This document shows, piece by piece, positions 1 to 9,962 of a stretch of 64,000 nt of DNA (its first letter is position 1; every line of letters starts with the position of its first letter). The position numbers and the translations under genes are program-made. The stretch is from an uncultured actinomycete. Lineage in GTDB: Bacteria; Actinomycetota; Acidimicrobiia; Spongiisociales; UBA5794. The stretch lies in contig CALOAN010000020.1 in NCBI GenBank assembly GCA_942491345.1, positions 257,671-321,670 of the forward strand, written 5' to 3'. Below the pieces are notes generated by a model. It was not told the DNA's origin, searched no databases, and worked only from the letters and a program-made list of their open reading frames with translations.

Positions 1-469
1 GACGCTCAGGCTCAACGGTCACCCAGCTTTTCTGGCGGCACGCAACACCGTGCGCGTGATGCGCTCGCAGGAACCAAACGAATCGGGCACAAGGGGATCG
101 ATCGTCCTGGTGACGAGCGTGCTCGCGGCCAGCCCCGTCCCGTCCCACTTCGCGACTCATGCGTATGCCGCCGTCAAGGGTGCGGAGGTTTCGCTCACCA
201 CAACCATGGCGTCGTACTACGCACCCGACTTGATCCGAGTCAACGCCATCGCACCCGGCTTGATACGGACGCCGATGGCCGAACGTGCCGCAGAGGATCC
301 GGTGATCTCGGCGTATGCGGCTCGCAAGCAGCCGATGGCCGGGGGGCTGCTCGAGCCCGAAGAGGTTGCGAGCGCGGGAGCCTTTCTCCTCGGCGATGGG
401 TCGCGGCACATCACGGGACAGGTCCTCGCCGTTGACGGCGGGTGGAGCGTGACCGAGGCATCTCCCTAG
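1..469 (+). CDS. SDR family oxidoreductase, C-terminal part (5' end lies outside the window)
   Basis: Frame is open from the window edge. GSIVLVTSVLA, catalytic YAAVK (YxxxK) and IRVNAIAPGLIRTPM are classic short-chain dehydrogenase motifs. Confidence 0.8.
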   Translation, partial: TLRLNGHPAFLAARNTVRVMRSQEPNESGTRGSIVLVTSVLAASPVPSHFATHAYAAVKGAEVSLTTTMASYYAPDLIRVNAIAPGLIRTPMAERAAEDPVISAYAARKQPMAGGLLEPEEVASAGAFLLGDGSRHITGQVLAVDGGWSVTEASP

Positions 470-484
470 GTCGGCAGAGCCGGG

Positions 485-496
485 TTGTCTAGACAA
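485..496. promoter_or_regulatory. Perfect 12-bp palindrome TTGTCTAGACAA; candidate GntR/HutC (DasR/NagR dre-like) operator upstream of deoC
   Basis: Read directly from the sequence, 29 nt upstream of the deoC ATG. Resembles the dre core GGTCTAGACC. Related copies at 2900-2911 and 16413-16424. Confidence 0.45.
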
Positions 497-524
497 GTCG
501 ACGGCAACATGCGATGATCCCCGG

Positions 525-1229
525 ATGCAACCCACATCACTCACCGTCGCGGACGTCACGTATGAAGAACTTGCAGCGATGATCGATCACTCGCTGCTCA
601 AACCGGAACTCACCAACGATGAGGTGATCGCCGGATGTGAACTGGCAAACCGATACGCGGTCGTTTCGGTGTGTGTGCGTCCGTGTGACGTCGCGCTCGC
701 CGCCGAGATCCTCGCCGATTCATCTGTCGCCGTCGGAACCGTTGTGGCGTTTCCCCACGGCGACAGCACAACCGCAACCAAGGTTTTCGAGGCAGAACGA
801 GCGATGGCCGACGGCGCCGTTGAGCTCGACATGGTGCTCAACATCGGCTGGCTCAGGTCGGGGGAGTACACCCTCGTCGAGGAAGACATTCGCGCGGTTG
901 TGAGCGTCGCCGGTGACGACGCCATCGTGAAGGTCATCTTTGAAAACGCCTACCTCGACGACACCCAGAAGGTGGCCGCATGCAAGGCGACGGAAGCGGC
1001 AGGTGCCCACTTCGTCAAGACGTCCACCGGCTACGCCGCGACCGGGGCAACACTCGAGGATCTCCGACTCATGCGTGCGTCGGTCTCACCGGCCGTCAAG
1101 GTGAAGGCGGCTCACGGTGTTCGGACGCTTGATGATCTCCTTGCCGTGCGCGAGGTGGGTGCCGCCCGCACGGGCGCAACCCAGACGGCTGTCATGCTCG
1201 ACGACTACCGCGAACGCACTTCGAGCTGA
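525..1229 (+). CDS. deoC: Deoxyribose-phosphate aldolase
   Basis: 234 aa. IDHSLLKPE N-terminal motif, VKVIFE and FVKTSTGY Lys-containing strands typical of class I DeoC aldolases. Confidence 0.85.
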   Translation: MQPTSLTVADVTYEELAAMIDHSLLKPELTNDEVIAGCELANRYAVVSVCVRPCDVALAAEILADSSVAVGTVVAFPHGDSTTATKVFEAERAMADGAVELDMVLNIGWLRSGEYTLVEEDIRAVVSVAGDDAIVKVIFENAYLDDTQKVAACKATEAAGAHFVKTSTGYAATGATLEDLRLMRASVSPAVKVKAAHGVRTLDDLLAVREVGAARTGATQTAVMLDDYRERTSS

Positions 1230-2131
1230 GCTCGCCCCGCCAGCGCTGCGCCGATCGCTCCCGCCCAGTTGCCGAGTTCGGCGGGTACAACCGCCACCTC
1301 ATCTGCCGGCGCCAGTGTCACGCGGGAGCGCATCGCTTCCCGGATGGGGCCGAGAACAAGCTCCCCGGATGCGACGATTCCGCCTCCGATGACGATACAA
1401 GATGGTCCGAGGAGAGTGACGACGTTGGCAAGCCCAATGCCGATGTACGTGGCCACGGTGTTGATGGCGGCTAAACACGCCTCGTCGCCATCTGCAGCTC
1501 GCTGATACACCGTGGCGGCGTCCGGCTGTCCGGCCAACGCGGCGAGTTTGTCGGCACGAGCTAGTGCCTCGACGCACCCGTGGTTTCCACATCCGCACAG
1601 CGGCCCGTCGGGCAGAACGATCTGGTGGCCGACCTCGCCACCCGTGCCGAATTCACCGAGGTGGATGCGCCCGTCGATCATGATGCCGCCCCCGATTCCG
1701 GTCCCAAGCGTGAGTCCAATCAGCGTGTGGCAGCCCCGCCCTGCCCCTACGGTTCCTTCGGCCAGAACAAACGCCCGAGCGTCGTTGATGAGTGCGGTCG
1801 GAACACCGAGCGCCTCGCCAACCGGATCTCGTAGGGAGTGGCCAGGCCACGGTCCGGGAAGGTTCGGGAAGAGGACGATCCGTCCGGTGTCCGGCTCAAA
1901 GAGACCGGGCACGCCGAGGCCGGCGGCATCGATTGGACCGATCGTCTCGATCGTCTCGAGGCCAACCTCGATCAGGCGGTCGGTGACCCCTCGGGGCCCG
2001 CGATCGGCATAGGTTGCGTACTGCCCGGTCGACACCACCTCGGGAGTTGCTGCGTCCTCGGAGCTTTCCACAACGGCAACCTTGATGTTCGTGCCGCCGA
2101 GATCGAGCCCCAAGAAGCGTCGGGCCATCAT
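1205..2131 (-). CDS. ROK family sugar kinase (glucokinase/N-acetylhexosamine kinase-like)
   Basis: 308 aa. LGLDLGGTNIKVAVV ATPase motif and ROK zinc motif CGCGNHGCVEA. No N-terminal HTH. 4-nt overlap with the upstream GntR gene. Confidence 0.85.
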   Translation of the reverse strand: MMARRFLGLDLGGTNIKVAVVESSEDAATPEVVSTGQYATYADRGPRGVTDRLIEVGLETIETIGPIDAAGLGVPGLFEPDTGRIVLFPNLPGPWPGHSLRDPVGEALGVPTALINDARAFVLAEGTVGAGRGCHTLIGLTLGTGIGGGIMIDGRIHLGEFGTGGEVGHQIVLPDGPLCGCGNHGCVEALARADKLAALAGQPDAATVYQRAADGDEACLAAINTVATYIGIGLANVVTLLGPSCIVIGGGIVASGELVLGPIREAMRSRVTLAPADEVAVVPAELGNWAGAIGAALAGRAQLEVRSR

Positions 2132-2850
2132 GAGGGGAGTCCCTCATCGTCTCGGTAGAGGACGGCGCTGAACGCGTATCGCTCGGCAGCGTAGAACGTG
2201 GAGGTGTGTTCGAGGGGAGCGCCGCGCTGGTCGAAGATCGTTCGGACTTCAGTCAAGATGATGCCGTTCGAAGGCAGTTCGAGCAGGTCCCGCTCGCGTT
2301 TCGTGGCCATCCTCGCACCAACCTCCGCGAGTGCGCGGGTTGGCACCCTGCCTGCCCGTTCGAATGCTGCGTGGAGTGATCCAGATGTGAGGTCCTCGTC
2401 GAGAAGTCCGGAGTTGTCTGCAGGGATGACCGCGTGCTCGATGGCCATTGGGATGCCGTCGGCAAGCCTGAGACGCTCGAGCAGGATTGCGGGCGCACCC
2501 GCCGCGATCCCAAACTCCGCAGCGACGTCCACCGTGATCTCCGCCGGCCCTGCCCGAAGGACCCGTGACGACGGCACCCTCCCGCGGAGGCGCATGCTCT
2601 CTGAGAACGAGAGGGGAGAACCGAGTGCACGAGGAACGCGACGACCACTGACGAACGTACCGGATCCGCGTTTGCGTTCGAGGAGGTGTTCGTTCGCGAG
2701 GACCATGACCGCTTGCCGGGCGGTCATGCGACTGACGCCGAAGCGCTCGCAAAGCTCTGCATCCGAAGGGAGCCGCTCGCCCGGTTCAGCGCTCGCGACG
2801 AGTTCTCGCAGGTAGTCCGCGATCTCGAGGTATCGGGGGCCCGAACTCAC
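2128..2850 (-). CDS. GntR family transcriptional regulator, HutC subfamily (UTRA effector domain)
   Basis: 240 aa. Winged-helix segment LPSDAELCERFGVSRMTARQAV followed by a UTRA-like C-terminal domain. Divergent from the SIS gene. Confidence 0.85.
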   Translation of the reverse strand: MSSGPRYLEIADYLRELVASAEPGERLPSDAELCERFGVSRMTARQAVMVLANEHLLERKRGSGTFVSGRRVPRALGSPLSFSESMRLRGRVPSSRVLRAGPAEITVDVAAEFGIAAGAPAILLERLRLADGIPMAIEHAVIPADNSGLLDEDLTSGSLHAAFERAGRVPTRALAEVGARMATKRERDLLELPSNGIILTEVRTIFDQRGAPLEHTSTFYAAERYAFSAVLYRDDEGLPS

Positions 2851-2899
2851 TTCATGCTCCTCCGGCTCATCTTGACGGTCTCATTGCGCCATCCCTAAC

Positions 2900-2911
2900 C
2901 TGTCTATACAT
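2900..2911. promoter_or_regulatory. dre-like imperfect palindrome CTGTCTATACAT in the GntR/SIS divergent promoter region
   Basis: The core TGTCTATACA differs by one base from the TGTCTAGACA core at 486-495. Lies in the 99-bp gap between divergent start codons. Confidence 0.4.
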
Positions 2912-2949
2912 TTACTCACCCTGGATGGAAGAAGCAAGGCGATACTCGA

Positions 2950-3759
2950 ATGCACGGTAGCGAAGACCCGGTAGCGGACGTACGCGGACGTTGGATCACG
3001 GAGGCGATCAGGCTTCTCGAGTTCGTCCAGGGGACGCAGATGGAGGCCATCGGATCGGCAGCCGAGATCTGCGCCGAGGCGATCGGCTCCGGCGGCCTCG
3101 TTCACCTGTTCGGGACGGGCCATTCGCGTATCCCGGTCGAAGAGATGTTCCCCCGATACGGGTCCTACCCCGGGTTCAATCCGATCGTCGAACTCTCGAT
3201 GACGTTCCACACCCAGATCACGGGTGCCAACGGTCAACGACAAGCGATGTACATCGAGCGTGTAGAGGGGCTTGCCGAAGAGATCCTCGCCAACTTCGAC
3301 TTCGGGCCGAACGACGCCATGATCATCTACAGCTCGAGTGGATCGACCGCCGTCCCGATCGAGATGGCAATGGGAGCCCGAAACCGGGGGCTTCCGGTCA
3401 TCGCCGTCACGTCGATTGCCCATTCCTCGGCCACGGCGTCCGGCCACTCTTCCGGTACCCGTCTGATGGACCATGCCGACATCGTCATCGACCTCGGCAC
3501 CCCGCCCGGCGATTCGCTCATCGAGATCGACGGGCCGGAGACACGCGTCGGACCAGGATCGACGCTATCGAATATCGCGATCACCAACGAGATCAAGGTC
3601 CAAACAGCGGCGCTTCTGGCGGCTCGGGGTGCGCTCCCTCCTGTCTTGAGTGGTGCGGCCCTGGTCGGGGAAGAGCGCTCAGGTGAGCTGTTCAAAGCCG
3701 CATACGCCGAACACTCGCGTCGACTGGCCAACGTTCTCGCGAAACCGGAACCATCCTGA
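2950..3759 (+). CDS. SIS (sugar isomerase) domain protein, UPF0309-like
   Basis: 269 aa. GLVHLFGTGHSRIPVEEMFPRYGSYPGF and IIYSSSGSTAVPIE are typical of the single-SIS UPF0309 family. Confidence 0.75.
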   Translation: MHGSEDPVADVRGRWITEAIRLLEFVQGTQMEAIGSAAEICAEAIGSGGLVHLFGTGHSRIPVEEMFPRYGSYPGFNPIVELSMTFHTQITGANGQRQAMYIERVEGLAEEILANFDFGPNDAMIIYSSSGSTAVPIEMAMGARNRGLPVIAVTSIAHSSATASGHSSGTRLMDHADIVIDLGTPPGDSLIEIDGPETRVGPGSTLSNIAITNEIKVQTAALLAARGALPPVLSGAALVGEERSGELFKAAYAEHSRRLANVLAKPEPS

Positions 3760-3764
3760 GAACA

Positions 3765-3796
3765 CCGCAATGAGCACCACGTGCACTCGATTGCGG
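3765..3796 (+). terminator. Hairpin just after the SIS gene stop (stem CCGCAAT/ATTGCGG); possible terminator
   Basis: 7-bp perfect stem, extendable with a bulge, beginning 6 nt after the stop codon. No U-tract. Confidence 0.3.
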
Positions 3797-3855
3797 CCAG
3801 GGCCACAACCAGGGGGTTGGAGCATCCGTTCGCGCGCCCCAAGCGGACTTTGTTC

Positions 3856-3868
3856 TTGACACAGTCAA
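3856..3868. promoter_or_regulatory. Inverted repeat TTGAC-ACA-GTCAA upstream of the ROK regulator gene
   Basis: Perfect 5-bp arms, 11-23 nt upstream of the candidate start codons (3879 TTG / 3891 ATG). Contains a TTGACA -35-like hexamer. Confidence 0.25.
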
Positions 3869-3878
3869 TAGTTGCTGG

Positions 3879-5081
3879 TTGAGTGACGGAATGGGCGAAG
3901 GCGCAGCGAGCGGATCACCGGGCAACCTCCTCGATGTGATTCGTCGCCGCAGCCCCATCACCAGGGCCGAACTCGTATCAACGACGGGGCTTGCGCGCTC
4001 CACCATCTCGCAGCGCGTCGACTATCTGATCGCCAAGGGTTTCGTCGGTGAGGTGGGCGAGGCCGTCTCCACCGGAGGTCGACCTCCGACCATGCTCGGC
4101 TTCAACGCGGAGTCCGGCATCGTGCTCGTGGCCGACCTCGGCGCCACCCATTCCCGCCTTGCAGTGTGTGACCTCGAGGCGACTCCCCTCGCCGAGGCGT
4201 GCCGCGATCTGGACATTGCGGACGGCCCCGAGATCGTGCTTGCGTGGGTACTCGAGACGTTCGAAGCCCTCACGGCGGACGCCGGACACTCTGCCAGCGA
4301 GGTCCGCGCCATCGGCATTGGTGTGCCGGGACCGGTGGACTTCGCAGCCGGGCGGGCGATCCATCCACCGATCATGCCGGGATGGGATGACTATCCGATT
4401 CGCGAGCGCTTCGAAGAGCGATACAGCGTTCCCGTGCTCGTCGACAACGACGTCAACATCATGGCGCTGGGCGAATACTGGGTCATGCAGCCGCAGGTCG
4501 AAGACCTGATCTTCGTCAAGGTCGGCACCGGAATCGGCTCCGGCCTCATCGTCGGCGGCCACCTCCAGCGCGGTGCGCGCGGTGCGGCCGGCGACATCGG
4601 CCACATCCAGGCCGGTTCGGCTGACGTGATGTGTCGCTGCGGGAACCCGGGCTGCCTCGAAGCATCTGCCGGTGGAGCGGCCATTGCGCGGGAACTCCGT
4701 GCGAATGGGTACGAAACAAACGGCAGCCGCGATGTTGTCGCTCTGGTCCAGGCCGGGAATCGCGACGCCATCCAGGCGGTGCGCCACGCAGGTCGACTCA
4801 TCGGCTCGGTGCTCGCAGCCACCGTCAATCTGCTCAATCCGGCCGTGATCTCGATCGGCGGAGATCTCGCCGAAGCGGGACAGCAGCTGCTCGCCGGCAT
4901 TCGTGAGACCGTCTATCAACGGTCCACGGCGCTGAGCACGAGTGAACTCCAGATCATCACCGGGGCACTCGGTGACCGAGCCGGGATCATTGGTGCCGCT
5001 GCATTGGTCATCGAACACATCTTCGACCCCGATCGGATCGACGTCGCCCTTGTGACTGCGAACAACGGAGGAGACTCTTGA
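3879..5081 (+). CDS. ROK family transcriptional regulator (NagC/XylR-like)
   Basis: 400 aa. N-terminal HTH ([24 protein letters not shown]), a ROK sugar-binding body and the zinc motif [11 protein letters not shown]. Start may be the ATG at 3891. Confidence 0.85.
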   Translation: MSDGMGEGAASGSPGNLLDVIRRRSPITRAELVSTTGLARSTISQRVDYLIAKGFVGEVGEAVSTGGRPPTMLGFNAESGIVLVADLGATHSRLAVCDLEATPLAEACRDLDIADGPEIVLAWVLETFEALTADAGHSASEVRAIGIGVPGPVDFAAGRAIHPPIMPGWDDYPIRERFEERYSVPVLVDNDVNIMALGEYWVMQPQVEDLIFVKVGTGIGSGLIVGGHLQRGARGAAGDIGHIQAGSADVMCRCGNPGCLEASAGGAAIARELRANGYETNGSRDVVALVQAGNRDAIQAVRHAGRLIGSVLAATVNLLNPAVISIGGDLAEAGQQLLAGIRETVYQRSTALSTSELQIITGALGDRAGIIGAAALVIEHIFDPDRIDVALVTANNGGDS

Positions 5082-5193
5082 CGGACCTACACCTACAACC
5101 TCGCGCTTCCCCCACCGCTCGGCTCATACGAGCCAGCCAGAAGAAAGCAACGGCCACACCCTGGCCACGGACCGATACAGGAGGAACGGATAC

Positions 5194-6354
5194 ATGAAGA
5201 ACTGGACAATGGGTCTGCGGGTTGTCCTGCTGCTCATGGTGCTGGCGTTGGTAGCCGCTGCATGTAGCAGCGACGGCGATGACACCACCACGACGGCGGC
5301 GGCGGCCGGCGACGAGACGACCACGACGGAGGCGATGGCCGACGAGACCACGACAACGGAGGCGATGGCCGACGAGACCACGACAACGGAGGCGATGGCC
5401 GACGGCGAGATGTTCACCCTCGGTGTGTCGAACACACTCGTCGGCAACGCATGGCGTGAGCAGATGGTGTGTGCCATCAAGGCAGAGGCCCTTGCTCGCG
5501 GCAACGTCGACCAGGTGGTTCTCCAGAACCGCAACACGGACGTCGCCGGGCAGATCGCAGACATCCAGACCCTCATCTCGCAAGGTGTGGACGCGATCAT
5601 CATCAACCCGGCCGACCGTGAGGCGCTGGACGCGGTGATCGAAGAGGCGGCATCACAAGGAATCCCGGTGATCTCCGTTGATGCCCCGGTGTCCGCACCA
5701 AGCGCATACTTCGTATCGAACAACCAGGTCGAGTACGGCGCAGTCGGGGCCGAGTGGCTGTTCGAAGCACTCGGTGGAGAAGGCAATGTTGTGTACATGC
5801 GCGGACTCGACGGTCACCCGGCCGATGTCGACCGCGATACCGGTTTCCAGGAGGTTCTCGCGAACTACCCGGGAATCACGATCGTCGAAGAGGTCTACAC
5901 CGGCTGGGACCCGAGCGTTGGAGCCCAGCAAGCGCTTGAAATCCTGACGACCCAGGACGTCGATGGTATCTGGACCTCAGGTATCGACTACACCGTCGTC
6001 CAGCAGTTCGAGGTAGCAGGCGTGGACTTCGTACCGGTCGTCGGTGCAGACAACAACGAGTTCGTTGCGCAACTCTTGAATGTCGAAGGAGACACCGAGG
6101 GTCTCACGGGCGCAGCCATCTCCAATCCGCCGTCCATTGGCGGGGTTGGCGCGGCGATCGCTCTCGACATCCTCGAAGGCAAGGACGTGTCACAGACGAC
6201 GCTCATCACGCCGGCCGTCATCGACACACCCGAGGAGCTCGAAGCGGTCTACGTGCCCGGCCTGACCGCAGGTTGGTCGTCGTACATGGTGATCGAACCG
6301 TACGTCCACTACACGGCAGATCAGGTCGTTGAGTGCAAGGGCCCCGGCGAGTGA
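5194..6354 (+). CDS. Sugar ABC transporter substrate-binding lipoprotein
   Basis: 386 aa. Signal peptide with lipobox LVAAAC, a Thr/Glu-rich linker, then a periplasmic-binding-protein type I fold ([15 protein letters not shown]). AGGAGG RBS. Confidence 0.85.
   Translation: MKNWTMGLRVVLLLMVLALVAAACSSDGDDTTTTAAAAGDETTTTEAMADETTTTEAMADETTTTEAMADGEMFTLGVSNTLVGNAWREQMVCAIKAEALARGNVDQVVLQNRNTDVAGQIADIQTLISQGVDAIIINPADREALDAVIEEAASQGIPVISVDAPVSAPSAYFVSNNQVEYGAVGAEWLFEALGGEGNVVYMRGLDGHPADVDRDTGFQEVLANYPGITIVEEVYTGWDPSVGAQQALEILTTQDVDGIWTSGIDYTVVQQFEVAGVDFVPVVGADNNEFVAQLLNVEGDTEGLTGAAISNPPSIGGVGAAIALDILEGKDVSQTTLITPAVIDTPEELEAVYVPGLTAGWSSYMVIEPYVHYTADQVVECKGPGE
5311..5400 (+). repeat. 3 x 30-bp in-frame tandem repeat ([10 protein letters not shown] x3) in the lipoprotein linker
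   Basis: Copies at 5311-5340, 5341-5370 and 5371-5400. Copies 2 and 3 are identical. Confidence 0.95.
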
Positions 6355-6423
6355 TCTAGACGGACGATGTGTCGGGCTCCTTCGGGAGCCCGACACCCTC
6401 CACATCCACCCTGAGGATTCCAG

Positions 6424-7932
6424 TTGCCAACAACCAGCTCCGATCTACTTGTCGCACGCGACATCTCGAAACGATACGGACCCGTCGTTGCGCTCCGATC
6501 GGTGGACCTGACGGTGCGGCCGGGTGAGATTCACGCTCTCCTCGGAGCGAATGGAGCCGGGAAGAGCACCCTGGTGAAGATCCTCTCCGCCGTGATCTCC
6601 TCGGACTCCGGGTCCATCTCGGTACACGGGGAAACGGCAGACCTGCGCAAACCAGCTGATGCGATGCGAGCCGGCATCGCAACCGTGTTTCAAGACCCGG
6701 CCTTGATTCCCGACCTCACCCTTGCTCAGAACCTGCGAATCTCGAACCTCAGCGAAGAAGATGTCCTTCCCTGGCTCGACCGCATGAACCTCGGGGACAT
6801 CGACTTCGGACTCCAGGTGCAAGATGTTCCACTCGCCATCTTGCGACTCCTCGACCTCGCCAGAGCACTGGCCCACGACCCGCAGTTGCTCATGCTCGAC
6901 GAGATCACGGCAGCCCTCACCACCGACCAAGCCACGTACGTTTTCGAGGTGATGCGCGAGTGGAAGAGCCGCAACCGATCGGTTCTGTTCATCTCCCACC
7001 GACTCGGTGAAGTCCTCGAATTGTGCGACTACGCCACGATTCTGCGGAACGGAACCAACGTCGCCGACTTCGATCTCACCAACGTAGACGAGGCACAGCT
7101 GGTCACCGCCATGCTCGGCGACGAACTGGGCGAACAGTCCGTCGCGCTATCCGACACATCCGAAGAACCGGCTGCAGCGGAGCCCGAGCTGGAAGTGGAT
7201 CGACCGGTCGTTCTCGAACTCGACGATGTGCACCTCCGCGACAAGGTCAACGGTGTTTCGTTCAAACTCCACCAAGGTGAGATTCTCGGCCTCACCGCAC
7301 TCGAAGGACAGGGCCAGGACGGTCTCTTCCAGGTTCTCTCCGGGGACCATCGCCCCAGCTCCGGCCAGCTCATTGTCGGCGGTGAGCAGCTCAGCGCACG
7401 CTCACCATACGATGCCATCCGCAAGGGTGTCGTACTCGTGCCCGCCGAACGACAGAACGCACTCCTGCCTCAGCGCTCGGTTCGTGAGAACCTCTCCCTC
7501 CCGCTGTACAACCGAATCTCCAGGTGGTTCACGCTTGCACGAGATGAGACTCAACGCGTAGATGGTGCCGTCGATCGCCTCGACATCGACGTTCGTGCCG
7601 GGAGCCAAGTGCAGCGTCTTTCTGGCGGCAATCAGCAGAAGGTCACCATCGGGCGATGGCTCGCGTCCGGATTCGACACCCTGCTGTGCTTCGATCCCAC
7701 ACGAGGGATTGACATCCAGACCAAGGCACAGATCTACGAGCTGCTCCGACAGCTCGCGGACGATGGAACGTCGATCGTTCTCTACACGAGCGAACTGCGC
7801 GAGATCCCGCTTGTCTGTGACCGAGTCCTCGTGATGTATGGCGGGCGCATCGTTCACGAGCAGGACGCTGCGTCGGCGACCGAGGAACGGCTCTTGTCGG
7901 CCGCCCACGGGCTTGAAGGGGCGTCGGCATGA
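6424..7932 (+). CDS. Sugar ABC transporter ATP-binding protein (duplicated ATPase domains)
   Basis: 502 aa. Walker A GANGAGKST, LLMLDEITAAL, and a second half with LSGGNQQK and LLCFDPTRGID. TTG start. Confidence 0.9.
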   Translation: MPTTSSDLLVARDISKRYGPVVALRSVDLTVRPGEIHALLGANGAGKSTLVKILSAVISSDSGSISVHGETADLRKPADAMRAGIATVFQDPALIPDLTLAQNLRISNLSEEDVLPWLDRMNLGDIDFGLQVQDVPLAILRLLDLARALAHDPQLLMLDEITAALTTDQATYVFEVMREWKSRNRSVLFISHRLGEVLELCDYATILRNGTNVADFDLTNVDEAQLVTAMLGDELGEQSVALSDTSEEPAAAEPELEVDRPVVLELDDVHLRDKVNGVSFKLHQGEILGLTALEGQGQDGLFQVLSGDHRPSSGQLIVGGEQLSARSPYDAIRKGVVLVPAERQNALLPQRSVRENLSLPLYNRISRWFTLARDETQRVDGAVDRLDIDVRAGSQVQRLSGGNQQKVTIGRWLASGFDTLLCFDPTRGIDIQTKAQIYELLRQLADDGTSIVLYTSELREIPLVCDRVLVMYGGRIVHEQDAASATEERLLSAAHGLEGASA

Positions 7933-8942
7933 CCACCAGGACCCCTGGCATGGTCGCGTCCGGGGCGATCCCGACGTGGCAGCGGTGGCTTCGACGCCAC
8001 GGCTGGACGGTTGGAGTCTGGCTGCTTCTTGTTGTCCTCGTTGCGTGGTATTCGACCCTCATCCCGAGTTTCGGTTCCTTCCAGTTCGCCACAATCATCA
8101 CCAACGGGACGCCATGGGTCTTCCTCGCAGCAGCCCAGGCGGTGATCGTGATTGCAGGGGGGCTCGACCTGGGGGTGGGCGGCATGCTCGTCCTGACGAA
8201 CGTCGCGACCGCCCGATTCATGGACGGGCAGTCGTTCGAGGTCACGATCATGATCGCCATCGCAGCGATCTTGGCGGCCGTCGTCATCAACGCCTTCGTG
8301 GGCTGGATCGTCACGGCGTCGAAAGTGCCGGACATCGTGATCACGCTCGGCTCGCTCTACTTCTATCAGGGTCTAGCCCTCGCGATCCTTCCAAACCCTG
8401 GTGGAGGTACGAGCGAAGGTTTCCGATGGTTGTTCACCGGCTCCGACGTCGGCACCGGTTCGAATCCGTGGCCTGCCACGGTGATGATCGCGATCCCGAT
8501 CCTTGTGGTCGCCTGGTGGTTGGGGAAGACGCGAAGCGGCCTCTCCCTGTACGCGGTCGGCAGTGACAGAACCGCCGCGTATCTCTCCGGAATCCGCGCA
8601 GGCCGAACGAAGATCGTCGCCTTTGGCGTCGGCGGAGCCTTCGCCGCCATGGCCGGGCTCTCGACGACTGCCATCGCGGGCAGCGGCAACGCCAACACAG
8701 TGGGCGGGAACATGACCCTGAATTCGGTTGCCGCGATCGTGCTCGGTGGTGTCGCCTTGACCGGAGGCATCGGCTCGGTCATCGCAGTTGTTCCCGCAGG
8801 GCTGATTCTGTTCTTCCTGAGCCCGATCCTCACCGCCATGGGCGTCGACCCGAATCGGGCGCAGATCATCCAGGGTGTATTGATCGTCGTCGTGATGATG
8901 ATCGCGGGACTGATCGAGTGGAGGAGGCAGCGCAGAGTATGA
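7929..8942 (+). CDS. Sugar ABC transporter permease
   Basis: 337 aa polytopic protein. ATGA start/stop overlap with the ATPase gene. GGLDLGVGGM motif of the ribose/xylose-type permease family. Confidence 0.85.
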   Translation: MTTRTPGMVASGAIPTWQRWLRRHGWTVGVWLLLVVLVAWYSTLIPSFGSFQFATIITNGTPWVFLAAAQAVIVIAGGLDLGVGGMLVLTNVATARFMDGQSFEVTIMIAIAAILAAVVINAFVGWIVTASKVPDIVITLGSLYFYQGLALAILPNPGGGTSEGFRWLFTGSDVGTGSNPWPATVMIAIPILVVAWWLGKTRSGLSLYAVGSDRTAAYLSGIRAGRTKIVAFGVGGAFAAMAGLSTTAIAGSGNANTVGGNMTLNSVAAIVLGGVALTGGIGSVIAVVPAGLILFFLSPILTAMGVDPNRAQIIQGVLIVVVMMIAGLIEWRRQRRV

Positions 8943-9949
8943 GCACCTCCACGGCTCCCGCTGATTCGCCGGACGTCCAGCCGGCGCCCGAGCCAGAAAG
9001 CAAGTCGATTGGACGGCGGATCGCCGAGCACCCGCACCTTGTCCTCATCGCGGTGCTGATCGCCCTCATCCTGCTCACCGGATTGATCGAGCCCAACTAT
9101 CTGACCTTCAGGGGATTGCGCAATTCGGCACTGTTTGCCGTACCAATCGGAATCCTCGCTGCAGGGCAGACGATCCTGATGTTGACCGGCGGCATTGATC
9201 TGTCGGCTGCGATGATCGCTACCGGCGCCGCATACGTGGCTGCCAATCAGTCGCCGGAAGGAACCGCCATCGCGATCGGCGCCGGTCTTCTCGTCGGCCT
9301 GCTCGCCGGAGCGGCAAACGGGGTGGGAGTCGGAGTATTCAGGGTGAATCCACTCATCATGACGCTTGCGATGTCGGCGATTCTCCTCGGACTCTTCACA
9401 TCCTGGGCGCAGACGATCTTCTCCGGCTCAACACGCATGGGCGACTTCATCCGCACGCTCGGTGGCGGTTCATTCTTCGACAAACGGATACCGTGGGCCG
9501 TAGTCGTATGGGCATTCCTGGCGGTCTTCGTGATCTACTTCCTCCGCCGAACCGGCTTCGGCCGCAACCTGTACGCCCTCGGTGACAACGCCATCGCTTC
9601 GCGACTGTCGGGCATCCGGTCGTGGCAAGTGTTGCTTGCCGTTTACACGATCGCAGGCTTGTTCGCTGCCATCGCGGGGATCCTCATGGGAGGCAGAGTC
9701 GGTGCCGTTGATCTTCAATTGATGGGGTCGTTCCTCTTGCCGTCGGTCGCCGCGGCTGTGATCGGCGGAACCTCGATCTTCGGTGGTGTTGGTACGTATT
9801 CCGGAACGGTCCTCGGTGCACTGATCCTCGGCGTTCTTCAATCGATGCTCACGTTCCTCGGTGCCGGTCAGGCCGTGCAGCAGATGCTGTACGGCGCCAT
9901 CGTCATCGGGCTGTCGTGGATGTACACGCGGATCGCATCGTCGCAGTGA
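8939..9949 (+). CDS. Sugar ABC transporter permease (second subunit)
   Basis: Polytopic protein with a TGGIDLSAA motif. ATG at 8939 overlaps the preceding stop (ATGA) and follows a GGAGGAGG RBS. The track ORF opens at 8918. Confidence 0.85.
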   Translation: MSTSTAPADSPDVQPAPEPESKSIGRRIAEHPHLVLIAVLIALILLTGLIEPNYLTFRGLRNSALFAVPIGILAAGQTILMLTGGIDLSAAMIATGAAYVAANQSPEGTAIAIGAGLLVGLLAGAANGVGVGVFRVNPLIMTLAMSAILLGLFTSWAQTIFSGSTRMGDFIRTLGGGSFFDKRIPWAVVVWAFLAVFVIYFLRRTGFGRNLYALGDNAIASRLSGIRSWQVLLAVYTIAGLFAAIAGILMGGRVGAVDLQLMGSFLLPSVAAAVIGGTSIFGGVGTYSGTVLGALILGVLQSMLTFLGAGQAVQQMLYGAIVIGLSWMYTRIASSQ

Positions 9950-9962
9950 GAGAGGAACCATT

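Noticed and set aside
1205-1229. Convergent 3' overlaps of coding regions: deoC/ROK kinase (25 nt), and glgX with the gene at 58653..58985 (30 nt).
   Set aside because: Such overlaps are common in compact high-GC genomes. Both partners have good family or codon support, so this is not treated as an annotation error or as a regulatory feature.
6352-6363. A fourth dre-like site, TGATCTAGACGG, at the end of the substrate-binding protein gene.
   Set aside because: It shows only 8/12 identity to the perfect palindrome, and the outer positions of both half-sites are lost. It overlaps the stop codon. Too weak to count.
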